Positions 60,518 through 64,000 of a DNA stretch of 64,000 nt are shown here, in pieces (within the stretch, counting starts at the first letter, position 1; each line of letters opens with the position of its first letter). The stretch is from contig OZ365116.1 of assembly GCA_977030845.1 (NCBI GenBank), forward strand, positions 21,700,001-21,764,000, written 5' to 3'. The notes under the pieces were generated by a model. The model had not been told where the DNA came from. It was given only the letters and a program-made list of their open reading frames with translations, and did not search any database. This DNA comes from Fimbriosthenelais zetlandica. Taxonomy: Eukaryota. A program made the position numbers and the translations under genes.

Positions 60518-60864
60518 CAGGCTGGAATTAGCCAATTAGCATGTCAGGGAGGCGAAATGTGAAACTATAATTAATTTGTATATGCGCGAGTGCAGATGGT
60601 TCAGGTGGGCGGAATGAGACACGAAAGGGTGAGGTGAAGAGGCGAGGAGGGAGAGGGAAGGAGAGGGCGGGGGTTGAGATGGGAGGGAAGACGGAGAGAT
60701 AGGAAAGAAATGAAAATAAAACACTAAATGATCAAAAGTAGAAGAGGAGCGATCAGGTTAAAGTCTCAAAGAAAAGTATATTTGAAAGAAATGATAGAAT
60801 ATGATAAATTTCATAGCCAGAGGCGGACAAATTCGCCGGACCAGCGGCCGCCCCTCTTTATATA
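60518..60864 (-). other. Candidate TATA promoter and first (non-coding) exon of an unidentified minus-strand transcript
   Basis: Minus-strand TATATAAAG at 60864-60856, Inr-like CGAATTT ~31 nt downstream (60833), and perfect donor CTG|GTAAGT at 60518/60517. Confidence 0.3.
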
Positions 60865-63800
60865 GCCCGCGGGCTACCCGTCATATTATCCTCACTGGTA
60901 GCGATTAGACATCGTAAAGTATGTGAGTCCACTAATACCAAGCTCTGAAAACTCACTACCAGTTACTACTATAATACTCAAAGTCTCAAACACACTGGGC
61001 TCAGTTTCTAGTAAATTCAGACAACCCATCTTCCCGAAACCATTTCCATATGAAATGACGGATATCCACAGATTTCATAAATGATATTTGAAAGACTCAA
61101 AGACTTTTAATACCTGGCCTGCTTGAAAGAGCGGAGGTTTGGAAGGCGGCCACGTGCATGATCGGGTTACAGGCATTATTGTATAGATGACATTCATCAC
61201 TTCGTTGACTAACTTCCATTTTCATTGTGGAAAGCCGATCAACACGTGTGTGAACAATGGAAAACTCAATGCATCATTTTATTAGTGAAATTCGTTAGCT
61301 TTATGCACCAGTCAATGTAAATCCCGGGATTGGGGTTCTTAAATCCCCGACCTCTAGCGAAAAAGCTGAATCAGAACCCCTAGAACCACCTCTGGTCTAA
61401 ACCCCCACCTCAGTATTCTTATTTCAGTTATGTACTAAATCCATCTATAAATTCGTTAGTTGCAGAGTCATGCTTGCTATGGCTGAAATACATCTGGTAA
61501 CTCAAGGCGAATTAGAGAAATAGTATTATGTAATGTCTGTAATTTTAGAGTTCAATTTAGTATCTTTTTATAAGCCCTCCCTCCTTCCTTTCTCCCTCTA
61601 TGTAGCATACTTGTCTTTCAGTTGTCCAGAGTCCTCCTACACGGACCAGAATCTCTCGACCTCCCACCCCTTGATCCCCGACCTTTCTTTATCATCATTT
61701 TATCCTAATCACCCCATTAGTTCTATTTCCATCACGTCGCGTCACAAAGAAGCAGCCGACACTTCATTTGACAAGTTCCTCGAGGGGAGCCGGCGCGCGG
61801 TCTTTTAGCATGTAAAGAGACCGCCTTCAACTCGCCCTCATCCCCGCTGATGGTCCACTTAAAGGCGGGCAATGCCTCAGGTGTCCCGGCCTCTCTCTTA
61901 ATGCTCCCTCCCGGGGTGAGGTATATATTTGCCCGCCTGTGTAAGGGGTAAGCGGCGGGGGATGGGGACAAAGCCTCCCCGTCTACCTGCCTGCTCCATC
62001 CCCGCCGTTGGATCCTTGTTCCATGACCGTGGGATTTCGTGCTGACCTTAGGGGGCAAATTACATATCTGTCTAAAGCTATTGTGTACCAGAACAAGAAG
62101 TATTTAACACAATATTCTCAATAGGTGTTGCTCGCTTTAAATTGGTCTTTTATTAACAAAAGATCCTGATCTCTAAACCCTGTCCTTTGAAAATGCGTAT
62201 GGGTTGTATAGAACACGAACACTGAAAAGTTTACTATCTTGAAACCAGGAATAATGCAATTGATTTCAAGAAATTAACTAATTTAATTTCTGTCAATTTC
62301 CTTTTAAGATATGTTAATTCCAAAAACTGAGATTGTGGGAAATATGTTTTGGGAGTTTGATTACAAGATGGAAGATTGGAATTTGAATCAAGGGTATGTA
62401 GATTGGTAGCGCGGGGTGAGAGCTGCGTATGGGAACATTCCCTTTTGTGAGGCGATTATGTAGAGTGTTAATCTGGGGAGTAAAGTAAACATAACGAGTG
62501 TAGAAATGCCATCCAAATCCCACCTCCACCCCGGGCCTCCATCATGTTCACCGCCACTTTAACTTTATATGTCCTGTTTGCGGAAATAAACACATTATCT
62601 CCTCGTCCCAGCTGTGTCCATATCACAGCCCTTGCTTTTTATAATCATCACACTTTTATATAATCACCCCAGAAAAATCTACATAGATGAGGCTTTTCAC
62701 ACGAGAGCCATTCTATCAGTAACCCCCCGACATGCACTCTTTTACACCAATATCGGATTGAAAAGTGTGTGTAAATACAATGACATTTGTTTGTTCCACA
62801 CCGCTATAGACACTGGTTTGTGTTTGCCAAGTTGAACGGTTGTGATGCCTATAGAGCTAAGACATACAAGTCTGTGTATAGAAGAGCTCAGATCATGTCA
62901 TTTTCACATGGTATGTACATGCTGCCATGACGCGGGGTGCGGTCGGGGGTCAGGAGGATGATTTCCATTGAAGACAAAGGTAGAAAGGTGTGAAATGGCC
63001 TGTGGGGTGATTAGTGCAGCTTTAACATACCAGGATCTGGTATTATACTCGTCAGGTATGGAGTGGCTGATGGCTGGTGTAGGGGGTAAGCTTGCCATGG
63101 GTGTTTGTATACACAGGTGGGCTTTTGCTGCCAGTATTTGGCCGCACCTTGGGTCCATGTCAACACCTTTGGATGATCATAGGGACATGTAGGTGGGGTG
63201 TATATTGTATATACTTGGTACTAAACTCGCCCCCGTGATTCCTCAATGAATACAGATTATCATCCTCCTTCTCTTGTCACCTGTATACATTGCCATTTCT
63301 TTAGCCTCCCAGGGCTTCTGTTGTGGAAGAGTTGGGGCTAATTATTTGTCATGATTGATGGCTGCTGAGGTCTTGTCGGAATTATTTTGGACATAGCTGA
63401 AAGGTCTAAGACACACAGATGAATTCCGTATCATGAAAAAGAATGACCCTCATCTGCTTCCACATTGGAACTGATTAAATTGGGGCAATGCTTCCCAAGC
63501 CAGATCTGACAAGTGATTAGTTATAAATAATTACCTTTTTGCATATATTTTTAGCATCCCAATTTACAACCTAATTATCTCTCCTATAATTAACCCGTGT
63601 TACAATCAACTTCATTTTGAACTCGTTGATACAAATTCTGTTTGTCTAATGATAAGTAAACCCATGATGGCGAATGTACTAAAGTATGTGAAGTACTTCC
63701 CCTTTTGGGTTGTTTCCCTCAGGTTCACATTTTAACACATCAAAGGGACATTCTAACATACTTTATGTAGTAACCACAACCTCGGGTGATGACCACCCGG

Positions 63801-64000
63801 GTGTTAGGTACATGGGTGAAGGTAGAGGTAAACACTTGACGAGTTTCTCCGCCTGGCTCCTGTGGTAGGAGAAGCGTGCCTTGGTCGGACCTTGAGCTCA
63901 CCACAGCTCTCTTTATCTCTCCCTTCTTCACAGCATATTATATGACCACAGAAGGAGAATGCCAAGCTGTGCATGCAGGCTTGTATGATATAGCGGTGGT

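Noticed and set aside
1-64000. Scattered AAGTCA (TLX half-site) matches suggesting autoregulation
   Set aside because: A 6-mer occurs tens of times by chance, and I saw no clustering or dimeric arrangement.
1-64000. Impression of higher CpG density around and downstream of tll (methylation valley)
   Set aside because: Spot counts were inconsistent; a sliding-window CpG observed/expected calculation is needed before claiming it.

Overview
This is eukaryotic (invertebrate animal) genomic DNA, mostly non-coding. The one gene I can identify is a + strand tailless/TLX nuclear receptor (NR2E1/tll). Its seven coding exons run from 40517 to the TAA at 51337-51339, all bounded by GT-AG, and splice into one continuous frame of 375 aa including the split first codon (C4 zinc-finger DBD, T/A box, hinge, LBD, AF-2). 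The short first coding exon lies upstream and cannot be fixed from sequence alone. The fly-like DBD ([21 protein letters not shown]) and intron-rich structure suggest a non-vertebrate bilaterian, possibly spiralian; this is inference. The ~40 kb upstream and ~12 kb downstream contain no recognisable coding exons but several motif-dense CpG-containing islands (CRE/ATF, RFX, PBX-MEIS, ETS, CTCF-like), a 69-nt near-perfect hairpin, simple repeats, and a possible convergent TATA-driven transcript near 60.5-60.9 kb. Best leads: a 19-nt microexon splitting the DBD P-box region, a miR-9 site with 3' pairing in the tll 3' UTR, a stop-free 3n intron in the LBD, the 17.1 kb hairpin and the CRE clusters. 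I found no CRISPR array, rRNA, tRNA or intact transposase/RT ORF, and no evidence of a new multi-gene system. Almost all ORF-track entries outside the tll exons look spurious.
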